Assembly (NCBI RefSeq): GCF_006345805.1
Contig: NC_042997.1
Coordinates: 120,032,001 to 120,096,000, forward strand
Direction of reading: 5' to 3'
Length of the DNA: 64,000 bases
DNA from: Octopus sinensis
Taxonomy: Eukaryota
Shown: positions 12,437 through 26,130 of the stretch, piece after piece
How the letters are laid out: each line of letters starts with the position of its first letter
How positions within the stretch are numbered: the first letter of the stretch is position 1
Made by a program: the position numbers and the translations under genes
Notes under the pieces: generated by a model
What the model was told of the DNA's origin: nothing
The model's database searches: none
The model's input: only the letters and a program-made list of their open reading frames with translations

Positions 12437-13669
12437 TCAACGATGTCCAGGAGTTCTGTTAATTGAAAAAGTTGTTTGTTCCGTGGAAAATGCATTCATG
12501 CGTTCTTTTAATCTCTGCCACAAAGTATACATCGTTTTATATCCATGTACGTGGTAAAAAACAAGCGTTCGTGTTGTGTCCTTGAAAAACCGATCCAATA
12601 CCTTTCCAGAGTCAAGTACATAGGCCGAATTAAAACGGACATGTTTAATACCTAATGCTTTTACAAGCACACCAGTTACATAAACATCATCGATCCAAAA
12701 AAACGGAATTGTTAATGATTTTTTGAATAATCGGACGGCCATGTCTGGGCTCATAACATAAGCAGATCCCGAACAATACGATGGATACGTGTCCTTTGGA
12801 AATTCTTTACGTGAAACAAACCACTTACTCCGTCTGTCTCTGATCACTCTCATTCCTGTCCATACATTACACATTATAAAATCTTCCTGACCAAAATTGT
12901 GCTGATGAAGATCGGTCAACTGTTTTGCCAGCAGAAAAATGTTGACTAATATATCATCGTCTGTTTTCAGTATATATGTAGTATTGTGGCAGTATGTTGC
13001 GATCCAGCGCAACGCAGCCATTGCTTTAAAGTTTAAGTTCCGATACGAGTCGCGGAAAACACTCTGCATTATGTCATTGTAACGGTCAGATTCTAATTTG
13101 ACCATATCCATAACACGAGGGCTGTCGACGACACCCATCACAAATACTAACCTGATTTTTAAATTGCCCAACAGTTTTTTGTCACCCCATGTTTGTCGTA
13201 TTGCCATTCGTCGCTTAAAGTTATTTGGTGCTGTGTGAATATAAACAATCACAAAATTATCAGAGGCACACAACAAAGAAGGATTAATGATTTGACTGGC
13301 GTTATAAGGCAGTCCTATTTCTGGCGGCACCAATAATGAAGAGTTGTTCCAAAGTGAATTTTGAAATTTTACAATTTCATCTTTTGACTGTAAATCATTA
13401 TTACCTCTTAGCAATAAACCATTTAGAAATGAATTTTTATTTTTACTGTTAATAATTTTATTGATGTTGTTGTGATCAATGTTAATGTTCTTCCTTTTTT
13501 CCCCTTGAACCTCCTGCCGATCCCGCGCCGGTGACGATGACAGCTGTATTAGTTTCATATCTTGTTTTTTTCTAGAAGCTAGTTCACGAAGAATGAAAAA
13601 CGAACAGAGCGACAAGAATGCGAGACCCATGTAGAATATGCGGAAAACTTTGGGTAGGCGCGGGAACAT
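12437..13669 (-). CDS. GT31 family beta-1,3-galactosyltransferase-like Golgi type II membrane protein, 410 aa, uninterrupted coding exon
   Basis: Long intact ORF. The first in-frame ATG (13669, MFPRLP) is followed by a hydrophobic anchor (IFYMGLAFLSLCSFFIL) and an Asn-rich stem. GT31 motifs follow: RRMAIRQTWG, DSYRNLNFK, LKTDDD (DxD), YPSYCSGSAYVMS and WIDDVYVTG. TGA at 12437-12439. The exact orthologue cannot be assigned by eye. Confidence 0.93.
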   Translation of the reverse strand: MFPRLPKVFRIFYMGLAFLSLCSFFILRELASRKKQDMKLIQLSSSPARDRQEVQGEKRKNINIDHNNINKIINSKNKNSFLNGLLLRGNNDLQSKDEIVKFQNSLWNNSSLLVPPEIGLPYNASQIINPSLLCASDNFVIVYIHTAPNNFKRRMAIRQTWGDKKLLGNLKIRLVFVMGVVDSPRVMDMVKLESDRYNDIMQSVFRDSYRNLNFKAMAALRWIATYCHNTTYILKTDDDILVNIFLLAKQLTDLHQHNFGQEDFIMCNVWTGMRVIRDRRSKWFVSRKEFPKDTYPSYCSGSAYVMSPDMAVRLFKKSLTIPFFWIDDVYVTGVLVKALGIKHVRFNSAYVLDSGKVLDRFFKDTTRTLVFYHVHGYKTMYTLWQRLKERMNAFSTEQTTFSINRTPGHR

Positions 13670-13875
13670 TGGGGCCGGCGATCTCTTATGCCGGCTGCGT
13701 TTTACATGTCTTACACCTCTCTCCGCTCGTCGATGGCCATCGTCATGTGAGGGAACGACAGGAGAAGGAGAATTCTTCTTGTTTGGAACTGGAATGATTG
13801 CAGAACTAGCTGCCTGGTCGTTGATCACGACATCTGCAGCCTGCTTGAACGATTCGCTTCAACCGCCAGGTAGCT

Positions 13876-13906
13876 CTGAAAGAAGAATATAAAAAGAGAT
13901 AATTAG
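13876..13906 (-). promoter_or_regulatory. 3' splice site (branch point, polypyrimidine tract, CAG) opening the glycosyltransferase exon at 13875
   Basis: Minus strand reads CTAAT tatctctttttatattcttcttt CAG|AGCT, with the branch A 27 nt upstream of the acceptor. Base composition shifts from AT/microsatellite to GC-richer at this point. Confidence 0.75.
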
Positions 13907-14088
13907 TGAAATCAAAAGAATCAAATTACGAGTGTACATATATACATATACATACGCACAAACAAACATACAAACACATACATATGTGTATATGTTTTTG
14001 TGTGTGTTACACAGAGTATATAAATATATAAAATATTCAATTAAAATAAATACATTTTTACAGCCTAGTAGGAACCTCACACTTCGAT

Positions 14089-14133
<45 letters not shown>

Positions 14134-15599
14134 ACACACACACACACATATGTATGTATGTATATATATATTTATATGTGTATGTGTGTGTGCGTGTGCA
14201 TTGTATGTGTGTGTATTTTTTGCCTGCGTGTGTAAAATATGGATAAATACGGGTTTCTGTAATAGTTTCGCCACGAGTAACACAATTGTGGTTATTTGGA
14301 ACCCTTGAATTGAGATTCCAAGTGCACAAAAACCATAGATCATTAAGGACAAACCTTATAGTATTAAGGTACAGATAACTGTGTTCAAAGATGGGCGGTT
14401 AGCGAAGGACATTATACTTAAATATGGCGTTGTGGGAATAGAGAGAAAATAATTCGAAGTGACGAATGCAAAAAAGAGAGGGTAAGAGCGAGCCAGAAAT
14501 ACAGAAAGCAAGTGGAGTAAAACGAAAAGAAAGGGATTGGTACAAAGAAAGAAAAAGCGAGTAATTTTATAAGTAAAAAGTATAATGTATATGGTGTATA
14601 CATTATGACAAAAAAATATAAATTATACATGGAATGGATGTGGATATTACACAATGTAATCGGACGAATAAATACATAAATGAATACAGTACAGAGAGGA
14701 AAATATAGAGAAAGGAAGAGAGTATTACAGAGTGGGGGAAAAGGGCAGTTATGTAGAGAGGTGCGTAAAAATAAAATGAATGGGAATCAGTTATCAACAA
14801 GACATTAATTTTTGGGATGAGAATGAATGAATGCATGGAGTCATGAATCCACGTATACAAAGGTCATTTTTATAATGACGCAGATTTTTCAGGTCTCAAA
14901 AAGATAAATTCACCAGACGAAAGATCACTGTAGATATATTAGGAAGCGTGTGGACTCGCGTGCAGACACACACACATGCACAGATATATGGATGTGCGTA
15001 TGTGTGTATTGAAAATAAAACAGATATTTGTGTATTAAACACTATGTGAGATATAGCAAAATACGTGATGTTAGTCATAGAGGTGTGAATACAGAATGTT
15101 TATTTATATTGAATTTAACGCTTATAACATTCCAACGAAATTAAACTTTGTTTTAATTTTTCTGTAAAACCTTGATACTTGAATTCTTCGATATAACTAA
15201 TTAATGTTTTGTAGATGTGTACAAATACTTATTTGTAGGGGCATTAATAGAAAGAAATAATAGGACAAGAATGAGGGATTCTCTTTACTCGATTCAGTTC
15301 TATGTTTTGTTCATAAAACTTTCACGTGGGTTTAGGTTATTATTTAGAGTTTGTTGTAACACCATATCCAGTTGATCTATTGTATCGAATTTGAGACTTT
15401 CAAACGATTATTTGCAAAAAAGCATAAGAAAGTTTGCACTTCCAAGATGTCACCCCCTGTCCATGTATATATGATGCATTGAAAGAAAAAATTCATTCTC
15501 TTAAGTTTTCAAAGTAAGTTTTTCGCCCAGTCATCAATTTCTGCAAGCCTAGGGAGATATGAACAGATAATCGCCACGTGTTTTATTTCAACAGTTTCA

Positions 15600-15880
15600 C
15601 TTGCTCGTTATGCCGACCACACAAAAGTAATACAATCAGTCAAGGTACCTTCTGATGCTAATCTTCTCCTCGATGGCATATATAAATCGGCTGCGGGACA
15701 CAACATTCAAATTAATGCAGGCAACTTCCAAGCTCTCCGCTGCCTGCAAATTGGCGTTCAGAAGTCGCAACAACAACATTTTGGACCAAAATGAGCGGCA
15801 ATCCCAGAATTATACCACACGGTGCGTGATCTCAGGATTCATTTGAGCAACGATTCCTCGTTTGACAGACATTACGATGT
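15600..15880 (+). mobile_element. CR1-like LINE RT fragment
   Basis: ARYADHTKVIQSVK (YADD), NIQINAGNFQALR and AIPE...VRDLRIHLSNDSSF. Confidence 0.75.
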
Positions 15881-17549
15881 GAATTGAGAGAAACTACAAA
15901 AGCAGACACAATGAGCAATATCGTTTCTAATTCCATGCACTTTTTCGATGTGCAATTCCAACGTTTTTCAAACTATAATGATCATTTGCGAATATGCAAC
16001 TAGCCGTTACGCTGCTTTTAATACGCTTCCTCATAGAAACAGGAGAGTGAGATATCTAACATAGTGTTCTGTTCAAGAATAAATTAATTTTATATTCGTT
16101 TCTATATATCGCTCTAAAAATGCTACCATTGCAAACGCAACGGGCCCTTGAAATATGATTTTGTCTCTAAATAGCAAAGACTAATTTCTTAAATAGCAAA
16201 GACTAATTTTAGAATTATTCGAATATCAATATCAAAGCTGAAACTGCTTTTAAACTATAAAATTCGATGTGAAAATGTTTGTAAGTCCATAAATAATATT
16301 CAAAAATATTTAAGATATATATTTCAGATATATAGAGATATATGAGAGAAGGCAAAATGCTTATACGAATCTCAACTAACAATATACACCTGAATGATTA
16401 CATAAAAAGTTTACTGAAAAATTCATATTCCTGCCGTAAACTTCAGATAAAAGAACATCGAAAGTTTGCTCTTAAGTGGCAACAAGACACAAACACATAA
16501 ATATACACAAACAAACAGACAAATACACACACATAAATATACCCCTACCCACTCACAAATGTAGTTTTGCACATGTAAGCAAGTATATTAGTAATTTGGA
16601 AGATAATAAGTGTGTGCACGCAAAGAGAAAACTTAGGTGTATCTACGTTCATTTTTTAAGAGCAATCATATTAGATATAAACTCGTATATTGAGGGTAAG
16701 CTATATATCTCTTTTATCCTTTACTTGCTTCACTCATTCAACTGCTGCCATACTGGAGCACTGCCTCGAAGAATGCTAGCCGAAAGGATTCTCCCAGGAA
16801 TTATTATATTTTAAATCCTGGGACTTATTCTACCTTCCTCTTTTAACGAATCGTTATGTTAGGAGGATGTAAGCAGAACACCGGTTGCTGAACGGTGGAG
16901 AGGAAAAACATAGACAGAGACACACAGACACATACTCACACGCACCCACACATACGCACACAAACACACAACACACACATACATAAACTAAGCGGTGAGG
17001 TAAAAGATAGATGGATTTTGTATTGTGTGCGACACTGCGGAATTTCCGAAGTAGATCCAACGGAAATATACCCCAGCTGAGGACGACATCAGTTAGCCCA
17101 AACCGTACAAGTGCATTCCGCAATGCATCAGCGCACTAAATGACATATACCCATTAGTCCAAAAAATTACACACACACACATATACACACACACAAGAAC
17201 GCAAACGTTAATTTTTGCTTAGGCATAGATATACTAATGATTTTAATTAAAGAATCAGTATATATATGCTATCAAGTACAGAGCAGTACGAAAAAATTAT
17301 AAATTACGATGGAAGGAGAAATTTTGTAATGAAGTCCAATAGCTTACTGGACGATGGTAAACACTTGCCCAGGCTGCCGCATTCTTTTCTGAATCCGTAT
17401 CAATTGGATGTTTTGCTCCTTAATTGACACACATGATTACAATATTCTGCTTCCATTAATAAATTCTAAATAATATCACAATCAATGAACAGAGCTCAGC
17501 AAAAAAGTCTATATAAAACAAGGCAGATTCTATAATATTCTTTGTGTAG

Positions 17550-17890
17550 AAAGAACAATGCTAAAATGTCGTGAGATGTGAGCTGCCCATGTAAAGCACA
17601 CGAGGAGTCTAAAGAGGTATTGTGCGAGTAACATCCGCTGGGTGTGCAATATCAGTGTATGTGTACGATAAAATGCTAAGATATTGGAAGGAAACTTGGG
17701 CATAACAGGAATTAGATGCAGTGTGCATGAGAAGACTGCGTTATTTTGGCCATGTGATATAGATAAGGACAGCCGCATCAAACATTGTTGGTCGCTTAAA
17801 GTGACTGAAACTTCTGAAAGGTCAAGGCCCAGAAAGAGAAGGGGCGAAGTAGTGAAGGTAGATCTGAAGAGACGATAAAGCTCAGTGGTG
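17550..17890 (+). mobile_element. RTE-clade LINE 3' fragment
   Basis: IRWVCNISV, LGITGIRCSVHE and SRPRKRRGEVVKVDL resemble the RTE ORF C-terminus (LRW.GHV...GRPRKTW.EVVK.DL). Confidence 0.75.
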
Positions 17891-19007
17891 ATTAAATAAG
17901 TTCACTATTCGCGAGAATCCCGTCTATCAACAAATATGATGTCCTACACGCACTACCATTTATTGTCATCCTCCTTTCCGTTATTACATTATTTTAAACG
18001 TACTACTCATTTCTGTGCCTTCATTTAGCACTCTTCTCTATCATACCCCATCTTACCACCTCATAATTCACACGACCTGATAGTTACCTGGTGTATTCTG
18101 TTTGAGTGAATCGATAACTGCTGTCACACTATTCCATAATCAATACGTACGTTTATATATTCTCTCCCTCGTTATTTCTCCCTTCCTCTCACTCATACGT
18201 TTGGCGCATTGCTCGTCTTATTTTTGTTTATTACGTATCATTGTCTCACTGATTAGCAATCGTAACAATTTAATAAATGCATGTAAACAAGACATTTGGT
18301 TGCTTGTTTAGTTCGTGTATATCTATAGAAGTACACTGTCAAAATTCCTAGTGCTGCGTCGATATATTGTACTGAACAGATGACGCTAAATAAGCAGCCG
18401 TTGGCTACAATTGACATATTCTGAGGACCAAATCACTAAATCAATATTGCCATAGAAACTGCCCACAAGAAAATTAAAAACTCTACTTCAAATTGATTGA
18501 TGGGAGAATTTTGTTTTCTTTATCTGTTATTCATACTATTCATCTTAAGATTGCTTTGGTACAGAATTTTTTTATCACGTATTTTGCGAAATTTCTGTTT
18601 CGTCAATTATTTTTTAATGCAAATTTTCATATATTGCAACGTTCTCAAGGTTAAAAGTACAAAATATGTCAAAATATTAATGGAAGGAAAGGACGTCAAT
18701 AGTCTACAGAAATAAATGAAACGGCCATATAATATAACTTCGTATTCTTTGTACTTAAATGTTTGCCAAACAATCAAAGGTAAATGATTTTTCAAAACTT
18801 TATTTCCTTTTGTGAAGCATTAACTTGTAAACATAACATGGTAGTGCACAAATTAGCTTTTCCATGGTTGTAAGTGTCCCATGCAGAGAAAAATTTAGAG
18901 TTTTCGCAATGGAAAATATAATAAACACGGCAGAACTGGGAATGAATCGATGAAAATGATTGCATTAGGATAAAATAATAATAGTAACTCTCCAGAAAAT
19001 ACTATTT

Positions 19008-19399
19008 CTTTTCTAGGCACAAGGCCCAACATTCTGGGGAAGGGGGCCAGTCGATTAGATCGACCTCTGTAAGCAACTAGTACTTAATTTATTGACCCCA
19101 AAAAATGAAAGGCAAAGTCAACCTCGGCGGAATTTGAACTCAAAGCGTAAAGACAGACGAGATACCTATTTTTTTACTACCCACAAGGGGATAAACACAG
19201 AGAGGACAAACAAGGACAGTCAAACGGATTAAGTCGATTATATCGACCCCAGTGTGTAACTGATACTTATTTAATCGACCCCGAAAAGATGGAAGGCAAA
19301 GTCGACCTCGGTGGAATTTGAACTAAGAACGTAGCATCAGACGAAATACGGCTACGCATTTCGCCCCGCGTGCTAACGTTTCTGCTAGCTCGCCGCCTT
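19008..19399 (-). mobile_element. Two adjacent copies (one 5'-truncated) of tRNA-headed SINE family C
   Basis: The block gcaaagtc(g/a)acctcgg(c/t)ggaatttgaact (box-B-like GTTCAAATTCC on minus) occurs twice. The same block recurs at 56590-56825. Confidence 0.85.
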
Positions 19400-20089
19400 C
19401 TTCAAAAATGATGAAAGATCATGGCTCGCGAAAGAAGTGTTCATGACTGAATTTCGGAAGGAGTGCAATTGGAAACGCAAATGTAAGAAAGGATTTCAAA
19501 TAGCTACTGTGTTGTAGATAATGGTTGTAGCGTAGAAGGCATATGTTACCCATGTTAGACTGTTTAACTTCACTTAAACATATGTCCTCTTCAGTACAAC
19601 ATTACAATAATTTAATGCCAGTGACCAGGTCATAGTTTCGAGTGACGAAGGATTTGTTAACATATTAACAGTATATTTTGTCTTTCTGAATGACTCTCAT
19701 ATGCCTTCCATGATGCAATCCTTATACTCTCAGTATACTATCTCAGTTCAAACACTCGCCTGGCAAGTACACCATCACAATTTTATACATTTACATGGAA
19801 TATCTGTATATGTGTGTGTTCTTGTGTGTGTGCTTGTGTGTGTATGTGTGAGTATGTGTGTATGTATATATACATACAGACATGTACCTAATTTCTAGTT
19901 ACATTATTAACGTGTGTATCAAGAAAACGAGGAGCAGAGAGAGAGATCTAAAACTCTGTTACTCGTGATATCTAAAGGTTTTATTGACATTTGTAAACAA
20001 TGTCATATCATTACTTCTATCTTGTGTTATTTGATTAAATATAGATCCGACATTGGATTAAAAAGTTTAGAATATTAATCTTGCAAACG

Positions 20090-21420
20090 AGCCTTTCCAA
20101 AATCACGCCAACATCTTCAGAGATTACTTGCATGTAGTAAGCTCGCAGGTAAATTGAAGGAGGGAGTAATATGCACCTATTCATAAAGGAGAAAGCAGAC
20201 CCAAAAATTATAGGCCAATCTTTCTGATCTCACACATAAGCGGAATCATGAAACGAAGAGTCCGATGGAAACTAATTGCATTCCTTGCAGAGAATGACTT
20301 TTTCCGACACCCACCAAGGATTTCAAACTGGTAGAAGCTACCTGACACAGGTCTTACAGCACTAATGTTTGATGTTAAAGCAGCTGCTCAGCAACTAAAA
20401 TGCTGGCGTAATATGTTTGTATTTTGCATAAACCTGTGGTTAAGTTGACCATGGTATGTTATGTCACAAGCAGCGTAATCTCGACATAGTCGGAAAATTG
20501 GGGAGTGATTACAAGTCTTCCTAGAAGGTAAAAATCAGGCAATAATAGCCAACAGGGCTGCCTACATTGAAAGGCACATAATATGTAGGGTCTCACTGAG
20601 CACTGTCTTGTGACAACTCCTAATTATAGTAGCCTATCATATATGCCATTAACTGGTCAGATAGTCACCCTTGACTGATATGTAGACGGTACAAAAATCT
20701 CTCTGAGGATACAAAACCCAAGGATTATTACGAAACAGCAACAGGAGTTGGATGCAATATACAGGTGGGATGAGAACAATAACGTGCAGTTTAATGCTGC
20801 AAACTTCCAAGCCTTACCTCACCAGCAAAGAACCTGAATGAAATTCGGGCGGATGAATTAACCCATGATTCCTCAAGCTCTGCATTTACATAAATAGTGA
20901 TACATCGCTCCAGGTGCATATTACTAAGTTGGAAACAAAATACAGACGGATGGCAGGATGGAGCCTTAGAAATTTTTGAACGAGAGAGCATGAAAACACG
21001 AATGTCCTCTGGAAGATATTTCTGCTCAGCCGTATAGACTCTTTCTCTTAACAATGGTCACACGCAGTGTAAAATGAATGACAGAACCCGAAGCCATTAG
21101 CAAAGCTACACAAAGAAAATTGTTTCAGTGCGACATAGCAACTACTGAGAGAGACTACAAATGCTAAATCACTTCATCAGCTATGGCGAAATCGGGAAAT
21201 ATATGCAGTAATATACAGCTAGAAAATTCTATTTTAGTTTTGCAAGTTAACAGAAACCCTGCATGGAAAAAAATCCTCAAATTGCCATAGGTATACAAGA
21301 TTAGGTACTATGATATCTTGAGTTTCAAAGTCCTACAGCGCTTCGATATCTTCCGCCAAATCCCGAGAGACCTACATGACATGAATGTAAGTGCCTTCAA
21401 AGGTAATTTAAGAAGCTATG
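20090..21420 (+). mobile_element. CR1-like LINE, degenerate RT and C-terminus
   Basis: PIHKGESRPKNYRPI, YVDGTKI (YADD), NNVQFNAANFQA, MAGWSLRNF*TRE, SYTKKIVSVRHSNY*ERL and IPRDLHDMNVSAFKGNL, all in order. Confidence 0.85.
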
Positions 21421-21639
21421 CATATTAGTGACACAATGTATGTTTGTGTGAGAAATTTGGTCAGCCAGTGGAATGATAATATATAGCGTAACACAACAGA
21501 TCGACGCCGAACAACAAAGACTGACTATACAGATTTTTCCAGATTAAGAAATATGACAATGGGAAGTATTATCAGAGTATTTTATATAGGACTTACATAT
21601 TTTAAGAATGCGCCTGCCAGAAATCTATGATTTGTAATA

Positions 21640-21850
21640 ATTGCTTCTAATTTTTATACGGGGCCAGCAATTTTGCGCGTAGTGGGGTCGTCGTTTGCAT
21701 TGACCACATTACTTGAACCGTTTTAGTTAATCCACCACGATAAATTACAGATGGTTCCCCAGGCGGGATTTGAACTCCAAACGTATAAGTCCGGAATAAA
21801 TACCACGGAAACATTTAATCGAATATAATAACGATTCTGATACTTCGCTG
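21640..21850 (-). mobile_element. Old SINE family C remnant
   Basis: Diverged similarity to 19008-19399 (ggcgggatttgaactc, aaatacc). Confidence 0.5.
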
Positions 21851-22810
21851 ACATACGATTTCCAACAAATGCACAGTTAACATATTTTGCTCATAATCTT
21901 ATGCAGCCAGACATATAAACGCTCTCACACACATGTACACATATATGTAAACAAAATAGTAAAGAAAGGTAATATATGTTTAAAAAAATACTCAGACTCT
22001 CTGCTAAACATATTCGATAGAATTTTCAATAAAATTCAATTAAAATTTATATAACCGATATTTAACGACAACAAGTTTCTATATTCTGGAAAAAAAAAAT
22101 TAAACAGTTTCACAGACAACTATATTTCAAATAATTGCAGAATAAAAATACCCATACACACACACACATACACACACATATATATATGCATACATATCCG
22201 TTTGTATAAAGTGCACGCCATAGCGGGAGAGACACAGAGTGAATTAAAGATAAAAACAGATAGAGAATGAGAGAAAGGCGTTTTAGCGAGCGTATGAATA
22301 ATATATTAAATCGACATATTCAAAAATGTATATCTACTACGAATTTTACTTGAATTATTATTTATCTTGAAAATGCTCTTTTGTCTACAATTCATATAAC
22401 CTGATATCGGAATGTTAAGAGTTATATAAAGAGACGTTTGAATAATACCGATGTGCATGTCAGGAACAAACGTATACGTTAGTGGAAATTAAAACAATGA
22501 AACTAAATTTATTTCACAATGCAAATTTGCTCCTTTGTATGTAGTCCATCTAAATAGAGATTTTCTGTATTTATAATTATATTCTAATTGTTGTGAATTT
22601 AGATCACAAAGTATATTGATTGAGTGGAAGTTATCCCTTCATTTAAAACCATCATATTTATTTACCTTTCAGAGACGAATTGAACGAGACAGACATAAAT
22701 CGAAATAAACATATGTCATCAGAATCACATAAACATTAAACAATTAATCACTATCACTCAGGAATATTTAAGTATATTAAAAGCAAATACAAATATTTCC
22801 TATTCATGTA

Positions 22811-22863
<53 letters not shown>

Positions 22864-22865
22864 GT

Positions 22866-23062
22866 TAATCCAAACAGGAAAACACCAAGAGAAAGCACAA
22901 CGCGAAGACGTGGAACAAATATATTATTATTGGACCCTCAGGAAGGAAGGGAAGAAGGAGGGTCTTACGTTTCGAGCGAAGCTCTTCGTCAGAAACATCG
23001 GAAAAGGAAAGATCCAGAGAAGGGAAGACGGAGGAAAAAAATCGCCAAGGGTACACACGCGG

Positions 23063-23065
<3 letters not shown>
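22866..23065 (-). mobile_element. About 200-bp solo pseudo-LTR of a Penelope-like element, carrying a hammerhead
   Basis: The reverse complement is roughly 85% identical to 33254-33457, which precedes a PLE ORF. Flanked by (TA)n and (CA)n. Confidence 0.8.
22962..22996 (-). ncRNA. Minimal type I hammerhead ribozyme with an extra A after A9
   Basis: GUUU CUGACGA A GAGC-UUC-GCUC GAAA CGUA AGAC: intact core, 4-bp stem II, palindromic ACGU stem III, GUA triplet, and GUUU/AGAC stem I. Confidence 0.7.
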
Positions 23066-23128
<63 letters not shown>

Positions 23129-23157
23129 GTATATGTATATATATGTAGGTATATATA

Positions 23158-23524
23158 CTAGCAGTTTCGCCCGGCGTTGCTCGGGTTTGTTGCGACTGTT
23201 TAGAATTGGAATTTTTCAAAAGTAAAAATTTTGCATTATGTGGCGTGTTATTCTCTTTAAATGAACATTTTTCTCATTGAAATACACCGAAAAATGGCGA
23301 CGCAGCAGTCAAAAAATCGTAAAAAATAGGGATTTACATAGCAAACAGCACCTTTTGATGTAAATAATTTTTGGTGTTAGCATGGTCCGATATGCATTTT
23401 TTCTTCTACGGAAGGAAGAGCAAGCCTTTTTCTATCATACTCTAAATGTTGGTCAACTTGCGCTAGTGTTAGTTGAAGGCTACCAAACCTGCCATACACA
23501 GAAAACTTCAGCTTTATATATATA

Positions 23525-23530
<6 letters not shown>
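23158..23530 (-). mobile_element. Non-autonomous Helitron (5' end uncertain)
   Basis: The 3' end cccgagcaacgccgggcgaaactgCTAG|T (hairpin plus CTAG) is shared with the elements at 54555 and 58576. The internal sequence differs. Confidence 0.7.
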
Positions 23531-23572
<42 letters not shown>

Positions 23573-23688
23573 ATACATATACAATTGTGTTTCTTAAATG
23601 GCTTACAAACACCTTCCACGCTGCAATTGTTATATATATATATGTAATATATATATATATATATAATATATATATATAGATATATATA

Positions 23689-23741
<53 letters not shown>

Positions 23742-25284
23742 TAAATATTATATATATATATACATATATACATATATATATCTATCTATATATAGATAAA
23801 TTCCTCTATTTATATAATAGTGAGGTCTATTTCTTTTGTTATCTTACCGTCTTTACCAATATATATATATATATATTGCATACTGAGGAGTAATTAAGCA
23901 TTCTGAAATAAGTTTAGTATCAGTGTTGCAATTTCCACTAATGTGTATGCTTGTACCTCAGATACACATCGGTATTATTAAATGTTTACATTGCAATATT
24001 ACCACGCTATACACCATTTTGAAAATATACATATACGCATGTAAAGCTAAAATCCAAAGATAAATGTGTATGAAGTTAGTAAGCTCCGAGCAAACAGCAG
24101 AACTTATAAAAAACTTTCGTAAACAATTGTGATTTATTGACGCAGATGGTTGTAAATGTTTCACATATCGAAGTTCGATAATATGTAAAAAGTGATTTTA
24201 TAGGTCATAGATAGCAGCTGATATTGTTTTATATGCGAATGAAAATGCACATACAGGGAATAGGTAAAATAAATCCAGGCTACGCATGTGTCATATATAG
24301 TAGAACCTCGTTCGCAAGAACATGCACTGCCTGCTCGTCTAAGCTTCAAACATCGGTAAGTGACTATCATCCCGCTTCCTTCATTCCTCGTACGTTCTAC
24401 ACTCACACCAGTTGTTTGTCTGCACTTGAGTTAATTCTAATATACACGTAGCTACTTAACTGATAAACTGATTAATAATCAAATATCATTATACAGCTAT
24501 AGCATCCTGTTTTTACTTGTAGTTCAAGTTGGATTTTAGACACCAGGTAAAACTGTACACAAATTGTACGTACCTATTACCTTAAATCCTCACCCATAAT
24601 ATTAAGAATGGCGGGAGACGTGAGTGCATGTCCTACTGCCAGTCTTGCTCAAATTATGTCACCCAGGCCTGCGCACATATTTGCCGAAATCTTTGTATCA
24701 CTTTATTAGATAGGTTTTGAGAGAACCTTCTTTAAACCAAACATTTAAATATATAATGCAGTTTTAATAGCAACTGCAAAGTATCTACCCGGCTATTGTC
24801 TGAGTACTAGTCTTTAAATAGGGTTAAATTATTAGGACATGCACTCAGGCTGAAAAATCCACCCTTGTGTCTAAATATGAAATGAATGTTTAATGTATTG
24901 TACAGTAAATCGTAAATATTTTCGCTTCGTACTATTTTTGTTGTTTAAATTCTTATCATTGCAGGCAATCGATACTGACAGAAAATCAATAAGAGTTATT
25001 TCGAATTCAAAGATATATTTTGAAATAGCTTTAAAAGTAATAGAGATCATAAGCTTGGGTCATTAATGCTAAAATCTATGTTCACCGATCATTTGTCCGA
25101 TACTGCAATATTTGCGCTACATTCTAAACATCGTCTATTTCAGTCACAATATATAAACTGTAAGACATATTTTTTCTACTTAAAAAAAATAACATAATGT
25201 ATAGCAAACGATAAAGACATTACAATGATTTATGATTTTGGTATATTGTTGTCTTTCTAATGTAATATTAAAAAGAAAATTCAA

Positions 25285-25295
25285 TATATATATAT

Positions 25296-25333
<38 letters not shown>

Positions 25334-25346
25334 GATATATATATAT

Positions 25347-25396
<50 letters not shown>

Positions 25397-25693
25397 CATA
25401 TATATATTATATATATATATATATATACAGATATATGGCAAGAGAAACGCAGTATGATCGATCGATACTGTAGATGAAATAATGTCTAAGAAAAGAAATA
25501 AAATTAGGAAGTACGCAGCTGTTTTTGATTCAGATGACGTAAGAAAAGGGAATTATTGGAAAATTAATCTCCCATGAGCAGATGTCTGGTGTCTATTGCA
25601 TATGCCATTGATCATATAGCACACACTAACACACATACACACACACACGCGCGCACACATACAAAAACACACAAACATACTCACATATTTGCA

Positions 25694-25728
<35 letters not shown>

Positions 25729-25890
25729 TTATATATAATATATACATACATTTATATATGTATATATATATGTATATATATATATGTACATATATATAAA
25801 TATATAATATATATATAAATGTATATATATATACATATATATATTATATATATTATATAAATACATATGATATATATATTATATATATAT

Positions 25891-25924
<34 letters not shown>

Positions 25925-25991
25925 CATACATATATATATATATATAAATATATATATATACGTATATATTTATGCATATATATATATATAT

Positions 25992-26032
<41 letters not shown>

Positions 26033-26130
26033 GCATACATATTCCCATACATGCATGCACATATACAGATACATGCACACACACATATATGTGTGTATAT
26101 GTATATATGTGTGTGAGTTTGTGTGTGTGT
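25285..26130. repeat. Large compound (TA)n/(CA)n microsatellite tracts
   Basis: Direct inspection. Similar tracts lie at 23520-23800, 30420-30760, 33500-33660, 42000-42170, 43440-43520 and 45575-45790. Confidence 0.95.

Noticed and set aside
13826-13828. ORF-track start at 13828 as the annotated CDS start
   Set aside because: It is GTG, not ATG. The first in-frame ATG (13669) gives the normal short-tail type II topology. The extension is kept only as a hypothesis.
19515-19600. Minus-strand GUUGUA CUGAAGA GGACAUAUGUU...AACAUAUGCC...UACAAC as a hammerhead
   Set aside because: There is no GAAA or NUH triplet between the stems (UUCUACGC). It is an imperfect hairpin only.
20791-21054. Minus-strand 87-aa ORF as an inverted LINE segment or gene
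   Set aside because: The plus strand gives the contiguous CR1-like translation, so the ORF is its antisense shadow.
22660-22725. Minus-strand CUGAUGA...GAAA
   Set aside because: No closing stem II or stem III.
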